Source: an uncultured delta proteobacterium (GTDB lineage Bacteria; Myxococcota_A; Polyangia; Polyangiales; JAFGIB01). Taken from it: DNA of 64,000 nt. The DNA is taken from the NCBI GenBank assembly GCA_963778655.1, contig CAVZVA010000009.1:522235-586234 (forward strand), written 5' to 3'. The notes beneath the pieces are model-generated. The model saw only the letters and a program-made list of their open reading frames with translations. It was not told the origin of the DNA and did not search any database. Position 1 is the stretch's first letter; each line of letters starts with the position of its first letter. This document shows positions 17,309-26,748 of the stretch, in pieces. Both the position numbers and the translations under genes were made by a program.

Positions 17309-18511
17309 TCAGGCGGGGCGGCCTTGCGTTTCTTGCACCAGGTTGTCCGCGCTCAGCTCCGAGAGCGCGGTGGTGCCTGTGAGCGCCATGGCGACGCGCA
17401 TCTCCTCCCGGATGATGCTCAGCACGTGCGCGACGCCGGCCTCTCCGGCCGCCGCCACGGCATAGGTCCATGCGCGTCCGATCAGGCACGCCCTGGCCCC
17501 GAGCGCGAGCAGCTTGATCACGTCGAGGCCGCTGCGCGCTCCGCCGTCGACCAGAACCTCCAGCCGATCGCCGACGCTCTCACAGATCGGCGCCAGCGCC
17601 GTCGCGGTCGCGCTCACGGAGTCGAGTTGCCGCCCGCCGTGATTGGAGACCACGATCGCGTCGGCTCCTGCGTCCGCGGCGCGGCGCGCGTCGTCCACGT
17701 CGAGGATGCCCTTGAGCGCGAGCTTGCCGGGCCAGTGCGCGCGCACCCACGCGAGGTCTTGCCAGCTCACGCTCGGATCCCACTGGCTGTCGACCCAGGC
17801 CTTGAACTTGCCCGGCGTACGCGCGCCCGGCACCGCAGCTTCCAGATTGCCGAAGGTCAGCGGCCGGCCCCCGAGCGCGACGTCGCGCACCCAGCGCGGT
17901 CGAGACAGCAGATCCCAAAGCACCCGCAGCCGCTTGCCCGGCGGCAATGCAACTCCGACGCCGTTGCGCGCATCGCGGTAACGCGCCCCGACCACCGCGA
18001 GATCCACCGTGAGCAGCAGCACCCGACAGCCGGCCTCGCGGGCGCGCGCCATCAGCGCTTCGGCGTAGCCGCGATCGCGCATCACGTAGAGTTGGAACCA
18101 CGGCGGTGTGCGGGTCGCGGCGCGCACTTCCTCGAGCGAGCAAATCGAAACCGTGGACTCGCAGAAGGGCACGCCGGCCTGCTCGGCCGCGCGCGCGGCC
18201 TGGACCTCGGCGCGGCGCGCAAACATCCCCGCCAGGCCAACCGGCGCCAGGATCACCGGCAGCGCGAGCGACTCCCCGAGCACCCGTACGCTGAGATCGA
18301 TGCTCGAGACGTCGCGCAGCACGCGCTGGCGCAGGGTCAGGCGCCGCAGCGCGTCGAGGTTCTCGCGCATGCTGTGCTCGGCGTAGGCTCCGCCGTCGAT
18401 GTAGTCGAAGAGCTGGCGCGGCAACCGCCGACGCGCGAGCTCGCGATAGTCCATCACGCTCGCGGGAGCGAGACCGAGCGATCGATCGCGGGGTAGGGTG
18501 ATCTCGGTCAT
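17309..18511 (-). CDS. lldD: FMN-dependent alpha-hydroxy-acid oxidase/dehydrogenase (L-lactate dehydrogenase LldD / glycolate oxidase family)
   Basis: Three family-typical segments are present: …YRELARRRLPRQLFDYIDGGAYAEHSMRENLDALRRLTLRQRVLRDVS…, …AIVVSNHGGRQLD… and …ALGARACLIGRAWTY…. Confidence 0.85.
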   Translation of the reverse strand: MTEITLPRDRSLGLAPASVMDYRELARRRLPRQLFDYIDGGAYAEHSMRENLDALRRLTLRQRVLRDVSSIDLSVRVLGESLALPVILAPVGLAGMFARRAEVQAARAAEQAGVPFCESTVSICSLEEVRAATRTPPWFQLYVMRDRGYAEALMARAREAGCRVLLLTVDLAVVGARYRDARNGVGVALPPGKRLRVLWDLLSRPRWVRDVALGGRPLTFGNLEAAVPGARTPGKFKAWVDSQWDPSVSWQDLAWVRAHWPGKLALKGILDVDDARRAADAGADAIVVSNHGGRQLDSVSATATALAPICESVGDRLEVLVDGGARSGLDVIKLLALGARACLIGRAWTYAVAAAGEAGVAHVLSIIREEMRVAMALTGTTALSELSADNLVQETQGRPA

Positions 18512-19683
18512 CGCGCGGGGGAAGCGGCGCCGGGCCGATCGAGCAAGTGGAAGCCGAGCGCACCGGCGGCGAGCAGGCAGCCAAGCGCGCTGAACGCCGC
18601 GCCGTAGCCCAGGCGTTCGATCACCAACCCGATCAGCGGTGGCGCGGCCACGTTAGCACCCCAGTCGACGGTGGTGTAGAGCGCGGTCGCCGAGCCGCGA
18701 GCCTCGGGCCGCGCGCGCGACACGGTCAGGCTGAGGAAGACCGGAAAGGCGTAGCCGTGGCCCGTGCCGCACAGCGCGCCCCCGAGCACGATCGCCGCGG
18801 TGGTGTGCGCGCGCGCCAGCACCAGCACGCCGGCCGCGTACGCGCCGAGCGCGGGCAGCACCATGCGCCGGGCGCCGATTCGATCGGGCAAGCGCCCGCC
18901 GACCAGCCGCAACAGCAACGCCAGCAGCGCATACGCGGTGAAGAACGCGCTCACGCTGCCCTGGCCGCTCGCGATCACGAAGGTCTTCATGAAGGCGAGC
19001 AGCGCCGACATCGCGAAGAAGAACGAAAACGCCGCCACCCAGATCGGCAGCAGGTCGCGCTGCAGCGCCGTCGTGCGCAGGCTGGGCGGGGCGGTGCGCG
19101 CGCCGTGCGGCGCGCGTGCGTCGGGCAGCGGCCACGCAACCGCCACGCCCAGCACGAACGCGCTGAGCTCCGCGGCGAACAACGCGCGGTAGCTCCCGTG
19201 CGCCAGCACCAGATCGCCGATCACCGAGCTGATGCCGATCGGCACCAGCCCCGCGGCGCCGAACAGCGCGAGCCCTTGGGTGCGCCGCTGTTCGGGCACG
19301 ATGTCGGCCGCATAGGTGAACAGGGCCGCGTACATCAGCGTGCTGCCCACGCCTTCGAGCACGCGCAGCGCCCAGATCCAGGGCCCGAGCGCGCGCACCA
19401 GCATGTAGCCGCCGGCCGCGACGGCCAGCAGCATGCCGCCGGCACGGATGGCGAGCGGCCGGCCGCGCGCATCCATCAGCGGGCCAACCGCGGGTCCCAG
19501 CAGCAACGCCGTGAGCGCGAGCAGCGCCACGATGCGACCGATCTGCGCCTCGCCCGCGCCCAGCTGCTCGAGAAAGCCCGAGAAGTGCACGCTGAACGCG
19601 CCGCCGATGCCGAGCAGCAGGTGCACCAGCGTGACGCGCAGGAACACGGGTGTGAACAGGCGCAGCGGGTCGGATGGAGCCAA
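18508..19683 (-). CDS. MFS transporter
   Basis: The protein is about 12 hydrophobic segments with an MFS loop motif (GPLMDARGRPLAIRAG). Its stop overlaps the lldD-like start by 4 nt, so they look like an operon. Confidence 0.8.
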   Translation of the reverse strand: MAPSDPLRLFTPVFLRVTLVHLLLGIGGAFSVHFSGFLEQLGAGEAQIGRIVALLALTALLLGPAVGPLMDARGRPLAIRAGGMLLAVAAGGYMLVRALGPWIWALRVLEGVGSTLMYAALFTYAADIVPEQRRTQGLALFGAAGLVPIGISSVIGDLVLAHGSYRALFAAELSAFVLGVAVAWPLPDARAPHGARTAPPSLRTTALQRDLLPIWVAAFSFFFAMSALLAFMKTFVIASGQGSVSAFFTAYALLALLLRLVGGRLPDRIGARRMVLPALGAYAAGVLVLARAHTTAAIVLGGALCGTGHGYAFPVFLSLTVSRARPEARGSATALYTTVDWGANVAAPPLIGLVIERLGYGAAFSALGCLLAAGALGFHLLDRPGAASPAR

Positions 19684-19910
19684 GGCGGGTGCCGCAGCTT
19701 ATGTCAGCTGGCACCGCGCAGGCCAGAGCGTGCGGGTAGCGATGTGCCGGGCACGTCGCGGCGCGCCATCGGCGTGGTGATTTGCGCTCCGGACCCCGGA
19801 CGGCGCGCTCGTCGCGCAGCCGGGCCTATGGCCGCTGTTTGAAAGGGCTTCAAACCCCCTGCCGCGTGCCGTGCAGACGTGCTACGCCGTGCAAAAAACA
19901 GGAGCACACC

Positions 19911-21176
19911 GTGCAGCCCATGCTGATGAACGTCCAACCCGTCCCCACGCTCGACACGAAGATCAACGACATCCGTCTCAAGACGGCCGAGATCGTCAAT
20001 CGCGACATCCTGCCCAACGAGTCCAAGCTGTGGGCGTTCCGGCGCAGCGGCGGCACGCTCGCAGAGCAAGACAAGCGCGACGCGCGCGAGCTGCGGCGCG
20101 AGATCCAGGCCAAGGTCAAGCAGGCCGGGTTGTGGGCGCCGCACCTGCCCAAGGAATACGGCGGCATGGGGCTCGACTTCCTGCCGCACGCCTACATGAA
20201 CGAGGTGCTCGCCTACAGCGTCGGCGCCGCGTCGTTGTTCGGTGTGGTGGCGCCCAACTCGGGCAACCAGAAGATCCTGGTGAAGTATGGCACCGAGGAG
20301 CAGAAGAAGAAGTGGTTGCTGCCGTTGATCGAGGGCAGCATGCAGTCGGGCTTCTCGATGACCGAGCCCGACAGCCCCGGCTCCGATCCACGCTCGCTCA
20401 AGACCACCGCGCGGCTCGATGGCGACCACTGGGTGATCAACGGTCACAAGTGGTTCACCTCGAACGGCAAGGAGTCCGACTTCTTCATCGTGATGTGCCG
20501 CACGGAAAGCGACGACGGGCCGAGTGCCGCCGATGGGCGCATGACTCAGTTCATCGTCCCCGCCAAGACGCCAGGCGTGAACATCGTGCGCGGCATTCCG
20601 ATCTGGGGCCGCAGCAGCAGCGATCACTGCGAGATCATCTACGACAACGTGCGCATTCCGAAGGAGAACCAGCTCGGCCGCACCGGCTCCGGCCACGCAG
20701 CCGCGCAAGACCGCCTCGGCGCCGGCCGCATCTATCACTGCATGAACTCGATCGGCCAGATGTGGCGCGCGTTCGACTTGATGGTGCACCGCGCGGCCAC
20801 GCGCGAGGTGCACGGCGGCACGCTCGAGACCAAGCAGTTCATCCAGGGCTTCATCGCCGACTCCTACATCGACATCCAGGCCGCGCGGCTGATGACCATC
20901 CACGCCGCCGAGCGCATCGACGCCGAAGGCGATGGCCGTACCGACATCTCGGCGATCAAGATCTTCGTTCCCGCCGCCTATCACCGCGTGGTCGACCGCG
21001 CGATCCAGGTCTGGGGCGCGGCCGGCGTCTCCGGTGACCTGCCGCTGGCCGGCATGTACCAGGGCGCCCGCACCCTGCGTCTGGCCGATGGTCCCGACGA
21101 GGTGCACAAGATCCTGATCGCCAAGAACGTGCTCAAACGCTACCACGCCGGCGAAGGCTGGGACTTCGGCAACTGA
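19911..21176 (+). CDS. acyl-CoA dehydrogenase family protein
   Basis: AGGAG at 19900-19904 precedes GTG 19911, and ATG 19920 is an alternative start. ACAD-typical segments include …GLWAPHLPKEYGGMGLDFL…GNQKILVKYGTEEQKKKWLLPLIEG…FSMTEPD…GSDP… and …IQVWGAAGVSGDLPLAGMY…RTLRLADGPDEVH…. Confidence 0.9.
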   Translation: MQPMLMNVQPVPTLDTKINDIRLKTAEIVNRDILPNESKLWAFRRSGGTLAEQDKRDARELRREIQAKVKQAGLWAPHLPKEYGGMGLDFLPHAYMNEVLAYSVGAASLFGVVAPNSGNQKILVKYGTEEQKKKWLLPLIEGSMQSGFSMTEPDSPGSDPRSLKTTARLDGDHWVINGHKWFTSNGKESDFFIVMCRTESDDGPSAADGRMTQFIVPAKTPGVNIVRGIPIWGRSSSDHCEIIYDNVRIPKENQLGRTGSGHAAAQDRLGAGRIYHCMNSIGQMWRAFDLMVHRAATREVHGGTLETKQFIQGFIADSYIDIQAARLMTIHAAERIDAEGDGRTDISAIKIFVPAAYHRVVDRAIQVWGAAGVSGDLPLAGMYQGARTLRLADGPDEVHKILIAKNVLKRYHAGEGWDFGN

Positions 21177-21291
21177 CGCTGGGCAGCGCTCGGATCGACC
21201 GCCGCGGACCACGCCCGCAGCGCGCGCGGCGCTTGCGCGCGCCCTGGACATGACCCCGGTACCTCGGCACGGCGCACCGGCTCGCGCGACG

Positions 21292-23583
21292 CTACCGCGC
21301 TTCCAGTGCCTGCAGCCGCGCGCGGATCTTGTCCGCGCCCCTGTCGTCCGGGCGCAGGCGCAGGAACTTGCGGAATGCGCGCGCCGCGTCGTGGGTGCGA
21401 CCCAGGCGCTCCAGCACCAGGCCTTGCCCGCGATAGGCAGGCGCATAGCTCCGATCGGCAGCGATCGCCTGCTTGTATTGCGTCGTGGCCGCCTCGAAGT
21501 CGCCGCGCAGCATCGCATCCGTGGCCTGGCGCGCCAGCTCGGCCGCGCGCGCGCGCCCAGCTGCCCGCTTGTCCGCTCGTGGCGCCTCGCGCTCGCGCGC
21601 CGCTCGAGTCCCGTGTGCGTGCTCGGACCGCGCCGAGCCGGCCTGCGTACGCCGGGAGACCGTGTCGGCAGCCGACCGCGCGGTTTCGTGCTCGGCCTCG
21701 TCCCCAGCTTCGGTTGCGTGCTCGGGCTCGGGCTCGGCTTGCTGCGCGCGGACGCTGTCCGCGCTCGCGGCCGGGGTCGCGGATTGCGGCTCGACCGCAC
21801 GCGGCGCCTGGGCGGCCGGCGGTGCAATCTGCTTCGCGGGCCCGACCGCGGGCTGCGGTTCGGTGGCTGTGGCCGCAGAGCGCTTTGGCATGGCGGCCGG
21901 CGCCGGAGGTGAGCGCCGCAGCGCGACGAAAGCAATCACTGCCACGGCCGCGAGCGCTGCCAGGGCGAGCCGGCTCAACGCGCGCCAGCGCGGCACGGCG
22001 CCCGCGTCGCTTGCGCGCTCGACCTCGAGCGGCGGCCGCAGCGTGTCTTCGTCGAGCCCGGGGGCCATGAGATCCCCCGTGGCCAGGGCCGAAGCCGGCG
22101 TGGGTTGGGTGCGCTCCGACAGCGGGTCTTGGGCTTGCGCCCGCGCGTCGCCGGGCGCGCTCTCGCCCGCGGCGATCGACGCGGCGTTCTGGGGCGGCAA
22201 CGCCTCGGTTGGCGCCGGCGCGGCGAGCTCGGTCACGCCTGAGCCGGCACCCGGTGCTGCTTCCTCTCCTGTCCATGGGCGCGGTCCGCCGGCCGCGGCT
22301 CCGCCGAGCGGCGACTTCAGCGCCGCCGCGTCGAGCTTCCAGGCCGGCAGCGCGGGCTTCGGCGCCCTGGCTCCCTTGCGCGCCGGCTGCGGCTTGGCGG
22401 CCGCGGGCCTACTCGCGGGACTCGTGCCTGAGGCGCGCCGGCTGGTGGTCTGTCTCTTCGTCGCTGCCGAGCCGGCCCTCGCGCCCTCGGCCTTGGGCGC
22501 GCCCGCGCGCGATCTCGACGAGGACGACGCGGCCTGCGCGTGGACCCGCCGCTTGGTCTGCCACACCGGCTGCGTGGGGCGGCGCTTGCCCCCGGGGGCC
22601 TGGGTCTGCGCGGGCGCGCTGCGGGGGGCGATGAACGGGCCGACCAGCGTGCGCGGCCGAGGAACGCGCCGCTCGGACGCGCTCTTGGCGTCCGGCGCGG
22701 GCATCTGGGCTGCGGCCGCCGCCAGCTCCCTCACCAGCTGCGCTGCGGAGCGCTGCCGCTTCCACTGCTCGCGCGCGAGGCCCCGCGCGAGCACATCCTC
22801 GAGCGCTTGCGGGAAGCGCTGGCCCGAGACCTGGGACAACGTCGGCGGCGGACCCTTGGCCTTCTCGCGCAGCAGCGCGGGCAGATCCTCGCACTCGAAC
22901 GGCAGGTTGCCCGTGATCAGCTCGAACGCCACGGTCGCCAGCGCATACACGTCGCTGGCCGGCTCGGAGGCGCCTCCGGCCAGCACCTCGGGCGCCATGA
23001 ACTCCGGCGTCCCGCTGGGCTCGAGCCAGACCTGCTGGACCAGCGGGTCAGCGGCGGCGATGCCGAAATCGAGCAGCAGGGCGGTCTCCTTGCCGTCGTC
23101 GCCGCGGATGTACATCAGGTTCTCGGACTTGATGTCGCGATGCACCAGCCCCTCGGCGTGCAGCGCGTCGAGCGCCGAGGCCACCCCCTCCAGCAAGACC
23201 GCGACGCGCTGCGGCGTCATCGGGCCTTCCTCTCCGAGCTGCGTGGCCAGGTCGGTGCCGGCGATCATCGGCATCACCAGATAGGGGCGGCCGTCGGGCA
23301 GGCTGCCCGAGTCCGAGACGCCGACCACGTGTCCGTGCGACAGCGAGCTGGCCAGCCGCGCCTCGTGGATGAAGCGCTCGACCGCGTCGAAATCGTCCAC
23401 GAAGGCCTCGTCCAGGACCTTGATCGCCACCTCGCGCTGCTGCTGCTCGTGCAGTGCGGCGTAGATGACGCTCATCCCGCCGCGGACGTGGACGCGCTCG
23501 ACCAGGTAGCGGTCGTTGATCCGGGTGCCGATCAGGGGGTCGGGGGCCTGCGCGGGCAGAGGCTTGCTCGGCGTCACGGACAT
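21292..23583 (-). CDS. Ser/Thr protein kinase with long disordered linker, TM segment and C-terminal TPR
   Basis: Hanks kinase motifs are present: VAIKVL, HRDIKSENLMY, DFGIAA, GTPEFMAPE. A TM helix is LALAALAAVAVIAFVAL. The C-terminal TPR-like segment is …MLRGDFEAATTQYKQAIAADRSYAPAYRGQGLVLERLGRTHDAARAFRKFL…. Confidence 0.9.
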   Translation of the reverse strand: MSVTPSKPLPAQAPDPLIGTRINDRYLVERVHVRGGMSVIYAALHEQQQREVAIKVLDEAFVDDFDAVERFIHEARLASSLSHGHVVGVSDSGSLPDGRPYLVMPMIAGTDLATQLGEEGPMTPQRVAVLLEGVASALDALHAEGLVHRDIKSENLMYIRGDDGKETALLLDFGIAAADPLVQQVWLEPSGTPEFMAPEVLAGGASEPASDVYALATVAFELITGNLPFECEDLPALLREKAKGPPPTLSQVSGQRFPQALEDVLARGLAREQWKRQRSAAQLVRELAAAAAQMPAPDAKSASERRVPRPRTLVGPFIAPRSAPAQTQAPGGKRRPTQPVWQTKRRVHAQAASSSSRSRAGAPKAEGARAGSAATKRQTTSRRASGTSPASRPAAAKPQPARKGARAPKPALPAWKLDAAALKSPLGGAAAGGPRPWTGEEAAPGAGSGVTELAAPAPTEALPPQNAASIAAGESAPGDARAQAQDPLSERTQPTPASALATGDLMAPGLDEDTLRPPLEVERASDAGAVPRWRALSRLALAALAAVAVIAFVALRRSPPAPAAMPKRSAATATEPQPAVGPAKQIAPPAAQAPRAVEPQSATPAASADSVRAQQAEPEPEHATEAGDEAEHETARSAADTVSRRTQAGSARSEHAHGTRAAREREAPRADKRAAGRARAAELARQATDAMLRGDFEAATTQYKQAIAADRSYAPAYRGQGLVLERLGRTHDAARAFRKFLRLRPDDRGADKIRARLQALEAR

Positions 23584-25496
23584 GGGGCGTTACTCCCATC
23601 CATACACTGACCCGACGCGCAGTGACAGCCGTCGCCAGTGCAGGCGTTTCCGCAGCCGCCGCAGTTCATGTCGTCGGTGCTCGTGTCCGTGCAGCCGCCC
23701 TGGCAGCACGCCTGCCCATTGGGGCATGCGCTGCAAGCGCCACAGGCATCGGCGACGCTGGTTGCGTCGCAGCACTGTGCGACGGCGGGGATGTCCACGC
23801 AGCCGCTGGGGCAGCAGGCCTGGCCCGCGCCGCAGCCGCCGCAGCCGCCGCAATGGTCCACGCTGCCGGTGTCGACGCACGCGTTGCCGCAGCAGGCCTG
23901 ACCCGCGCCGCAGCCGCCGCAACCGCCGCAATGGTCCACGCTGCCGGTGTCGACGCACGCGTTGCCGCAGCAGGCCTGACCCGCGCCGCAGCCGCCGCAA
24001 CCGCCGCAATGGTCCACGCTGCCGGTGTCGATGCACGCGCCGCCGCAGCAAGCCTGACCGGCACTGCAACCGCCGCAGCCGCCGCAGTGATCGACCGTCG
24101 TCGTGGGCACGCAGGTGCCGCCGCAACAGGCCGAGCTCGCGCCGCAGGCATTGCCGCAGCTGCCACAGTATTGCGGGTCCGAGCTCACGTCCCTGCACAC
24201 GCCGGCGCAGCACTCGGCACCCGCGCCACAGCGCGTGCCGCACGCACCGCAGTTCTGCGGGTCGGTCGCGAGCTGGAAGTCTTCGTCCACGTAGCCGTCG
24301 CAGTCCTCGTCGCTACCGTCGCACGCGGTCTCGGACGATTGCGGCGTCGGGGTCACGCACACCAAGTCGCTGCCCTTGCACTGCTGCGTGCCGAACAGGC
24401 ACACGCCCTGCTTCGCGAAGTCCAGGCACAGCAGGCCGAGCCCGGGCACGTCGTCGGTCAAGCGGTTGCAGTCGTCGTCCGAGCCCGGATTGGCGCAGCT
24501 CTCCGTGCCCGGCACGACCGAGCCCTCGCACGCACCGAAGGCGCCGTTGTGGCAGGTCTGCGTGCCGGCGCGGCAGATGCCCACGCCGGCGGTGCGCGCG
24601 GGGCCGCCGTAGCAGCGCTGGGTTTGCGAGCCCGTGCAGGGGCAGCCGTCGTCGATCTGGCCGTTGCAGTTCTCGTCGGCCGCCTCGGTGCCTCCGCACA
24701 CCTCCTGCGAAGGCACCACCGCACCACCGCACGCCTGCAGCTTGCCGTCCTTGCACACGCGCTTGCCCGCCTTGCACACGCCGGTGCAGGCGAAGCCGCC
24801 GCTTCCGTCGGCGGTGCAGCCGGGCATGTCCGCCGGGTAGCAGTTGACGTCGGTGCCGTTGTCGATCACGCCGTCACAGTCGTCGTCGATCCCGTTGCAG
24901 ACCTCGGCCGAGGGCCCGCCGCCAGCGCGGCACACCGGCACACCCTGCTCGCAGGCCAACACGCCCGCGCCGCAGGCGCCTTGACCCGTCACCGGACACG
25001 AGCCGAGCGCAATCTCTTCGTCGACCTTTCCGTCGCAGTCATCGTCTGCGCCGTTGCAAGCCTCACTGACCGGGGCGAGCTGGCCCACACAGGCCTGCAA
25101 GCTGGTGCCGTTGCACTGAGCCTTTCCGTCACGGCAGATGCCCTTGCCCCGTGTCTCGGGCGGGCCGAGGTAACACGGCGCGCCGGCCACGCAATTGCCC
25201 TGCGGCGTCGGGCTCCCGCTTCCGACCGAGCCCGAGCCCGAGCCGCCCGCGGTCGAGCCGGCCCCGCCGCCTTGCGCACCCCCGAGCCCCGAGCCCGAGC
25301 CGCCCTCGCCGGTTGCCGGCAGGCCCCCCGTGGCATCGGCCAGACAGTAATCGAGGTAGCAGTGCCCGGGCGGGCAGCTGGAGTCGCAGCCGTGCGCCCC
25401 GTTGGCCTTGTCGTGGAACGAGCAGCCCGCGACGCCTGCGAGCGGCAGCACAAGCAGCAGGCCGAGCCAGGCTGAGGAACAGCGAGCCCGAGTCAC
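23574..25496 (-). CDS. cysteine-rich lipoprotein with MopE-like CNGxDDDCDGxxDE motifs and tandem CGGCGGC repeats
   Basis: GTG 25496 gives VTRARCSSAWLGLLLVLPLAGVAGCS, a strong lipoprotein signal. Four motifs follow: CNGADDDCDGKVDEE, CNGIDDDCDGVIDNG, ENCNGQIDDGC and CDGSDEDCDGYVDED. Then come four 26-aa repeats …VDHCGGCGGCGAGQACCGNACVDTGS…. The stop overlaps the kinase start by 10 nt. In the ORF track it is fused in-frame to the upstream gene as a 991-aa ORF (23574-26549). Confidence 0.7.
   Translation of the reverse strand: MTRARCSSAWLGLLLVLPLAGVAGCSFHDKANGAHGCDSSCPPGHCYLDYCLADATGGLPATGEGGSGSGLGGAQGGGAGSTAGGSGSGSVGSGSPTPQGNCVAGAPCYLGPPETRGKGICRDGKAQCNGTSLQACVGQLAPVSEACNGADDDCDGKVDEEIALGSCPVTGQGACGAGVLACEQGVPVCRAGGGPSAEVCNGIDDDCDGVIDNGTDVNCYPADMPGCTADGSGGFACTGVCKAGKRVCKDGKLQACGGAVVPSQEVCGGTEAADENCNGQIDDGCPCTGSQTQRCYGGPARTAGVGICRAGTQTCHNGAFGACEGSVVPGTESCANPGSDDDCNRLTDDVPGLGLLCLDFAKQGVCLFGTQQCKGSDLVCVTPTPQSSETACDGSDEDCDGYVDEDFQLATDPQNCGACGTRCGAGAECCAGVCRDVSSDPQYCGSCGNACGASSACCGGTCVPTTTVDHCGGCGGCSAGQACCGGACIDTGSVDHCGGCGGCGAGQACCGNACVDTGSVDHCGGCGGCGAGQACCGNACVDTGSVDHCGGCGGCGAGQACCPSGCVDIPAVAQCCDATSVADACGACSACPNGQACCQGGCTDTSTDDMNCGGCGNACTGDGCHCASGQCMDGSNAPCP
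23814..24125. repeat. 78-bp tandem repeat (4 copies, the middle two near-identical) inside the Cys-rich lipoprotein gene
   Basis: The unit is gcaggcctgacccgcgccgcagccgccgcaaccgccgcaatggtccacgctgccggtgtcgacgcacgcgttgccgca. Copies lie at about 23814-23891, 23892-23969 and 23970-24047, with a degenerate copy to about 24125. The repeat is in-frame (26 aa). Confidence 0.9.
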
Positions 25497-26549
25497 AGGC
25501 TCGTCTCCCAGGTCCCGGACACGGCCAGACCGGCGGCGTGCGGGCCGATCAGCGGCGCCAGCGCGGTCTCGGTCCGGCCGCGCTTCGATTGCGCGATCGA
25601 GATCGAGCGCCAGCCACACCCCGCCGGCCGCAATCGCGGCGCCACCCACGCCCAGCAGCAGGCTGGCGGCAAGCGCTTGGTGATGGCCGAGCGTGCGCGT
25701 GCGTTCCGCGGCGTCGGCTTGCGCGGCCGTGGTCACCGGCAGCGCGGCGTAATTGTGCTCGGTGGCCTTCATCGCGGCGAACATCACCACGCCCGCCGTG
25801 ATTGCCACCACGCCCGCACCGGCGACCAGCAGCGGCGGCAAAGGCAGCACCGCGCCGCCGCGGTCGGCGGGCGTCGCACGCGCCGGCGCGGCAGTCTCCG
25901 CCGGTTTGGGCTCGGGCGCTGCCGCTTCTGCGGGTCGGTTGGCGGCTTCCTCGGCTGCGGATTGTTCGGCCTCGAACAGCTCGTGGACCATCCCGTCGAG
26001 CGCCGCGAGCTGAGCACGGGTGAGCTTGCTTCCCCGCCCGCCGCGGCTGACCGAGCGCGGCTCGCCCTCGCCCTCCGCATCGAAGCGCATCAGGCGCAGC
26101 ACGAGCGAGCCTCCGCGGCGAGCCACCGAGGGCACCACCAGCACCTGCGCCTCGAGCCGGTGCGCCACCGCGGAAAGGCAGCTCGGGCTCTCGTCTGTGC
26201 AGTCGATCGCGAGCTGCACGGCTTCGAGGTCGAGCGGCGGTGGCGGGAGCAGCTCGAGGAAGGACAGCTTCGCGACCGCGGCGCGAGTTTCGCGTTCGAG
26301 CTCCGCAGGCTTGCCCGAGCCGCCGGTCGGCCCGACGATCACGAGCACGCGCTTGGTGTCGTCCGCTCGGGCCTGCGCCGTGACGCTCGCGGTGAGCGCT
26401 GCCAAGAGCGCGTACAGCGCCCTACGGGATGCGAAACCGGGGCGCAGCCCGCCCCTCCATGACTCGCGCCAGCTCACAGAACGCCCGTCCGCCCGCACAC
26501 GCAGCTCCAGCGGAACTACAAGATGAGCTAGCACGCCGGCAAGCGACAC
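25493..26549 (-). CDS. secreted/membrane-anchored protein (signal peptide, alpha/beta domain, Pro/Ala linker, two TM helices); the 3' end appears frameshifted
   Basis: The signal-like segment is RRALYALLAALTASVTAQARA. TM helices are LLVAGAGVVAITAGVVMFAAM and LLLGVGGAAIAAGGVWLAL. After about nt 25604 the annotated frame drops to about 64% GC3. The +1 frame has about 95% GC3 (…TETALAPLIGPHAAGLAVSGTWETSL*). That frame ends at TGA 25495-25493, overlapping GTG 25496 as GTGA. The true start is uncertain (ATG 26549 or an internal GTG). Confidence 0.5.
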
Positions 26550-26748
26550 GGTTCACAGGTCTTGCACTTTTCTCAAGAATGCTCGGTAGGGATAACTGGC
26601 GGCAGCTTTGTGCAGGCAGGGGAGGGCGCGAGCCGCCTGCCGCACGCTTGCCCGAGCACGAGGCCGCAGGCCGTTCATGGGCATCCGCGAGCCCTTGCGC
26701 CGCAAGCTCGCCCGTTCGTGAACAGGCACAGGTCGGGTCGTCGCTCTC

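Noticed and set aside
21221-21241. A GC-only self-complementary run (CGCGCGC-ggcgctt-GCGCGCG) between the convergent ACAD and kinase genes, as a possible bidirectional terminator.
   Set aside because: Alternating GC tracts are self-complementary by composition. There is no U/A tract on either side. I cannot distinguish it from background.
23814-24125. Regular 78-bp repeats that could superficially suggest a CRISPR-like array.
   Set aside because: The units are directly adjacent with no spacers. They are in-frame within a coding sequence and encode a Cys-rich protein module. No cas genes are present in the window.
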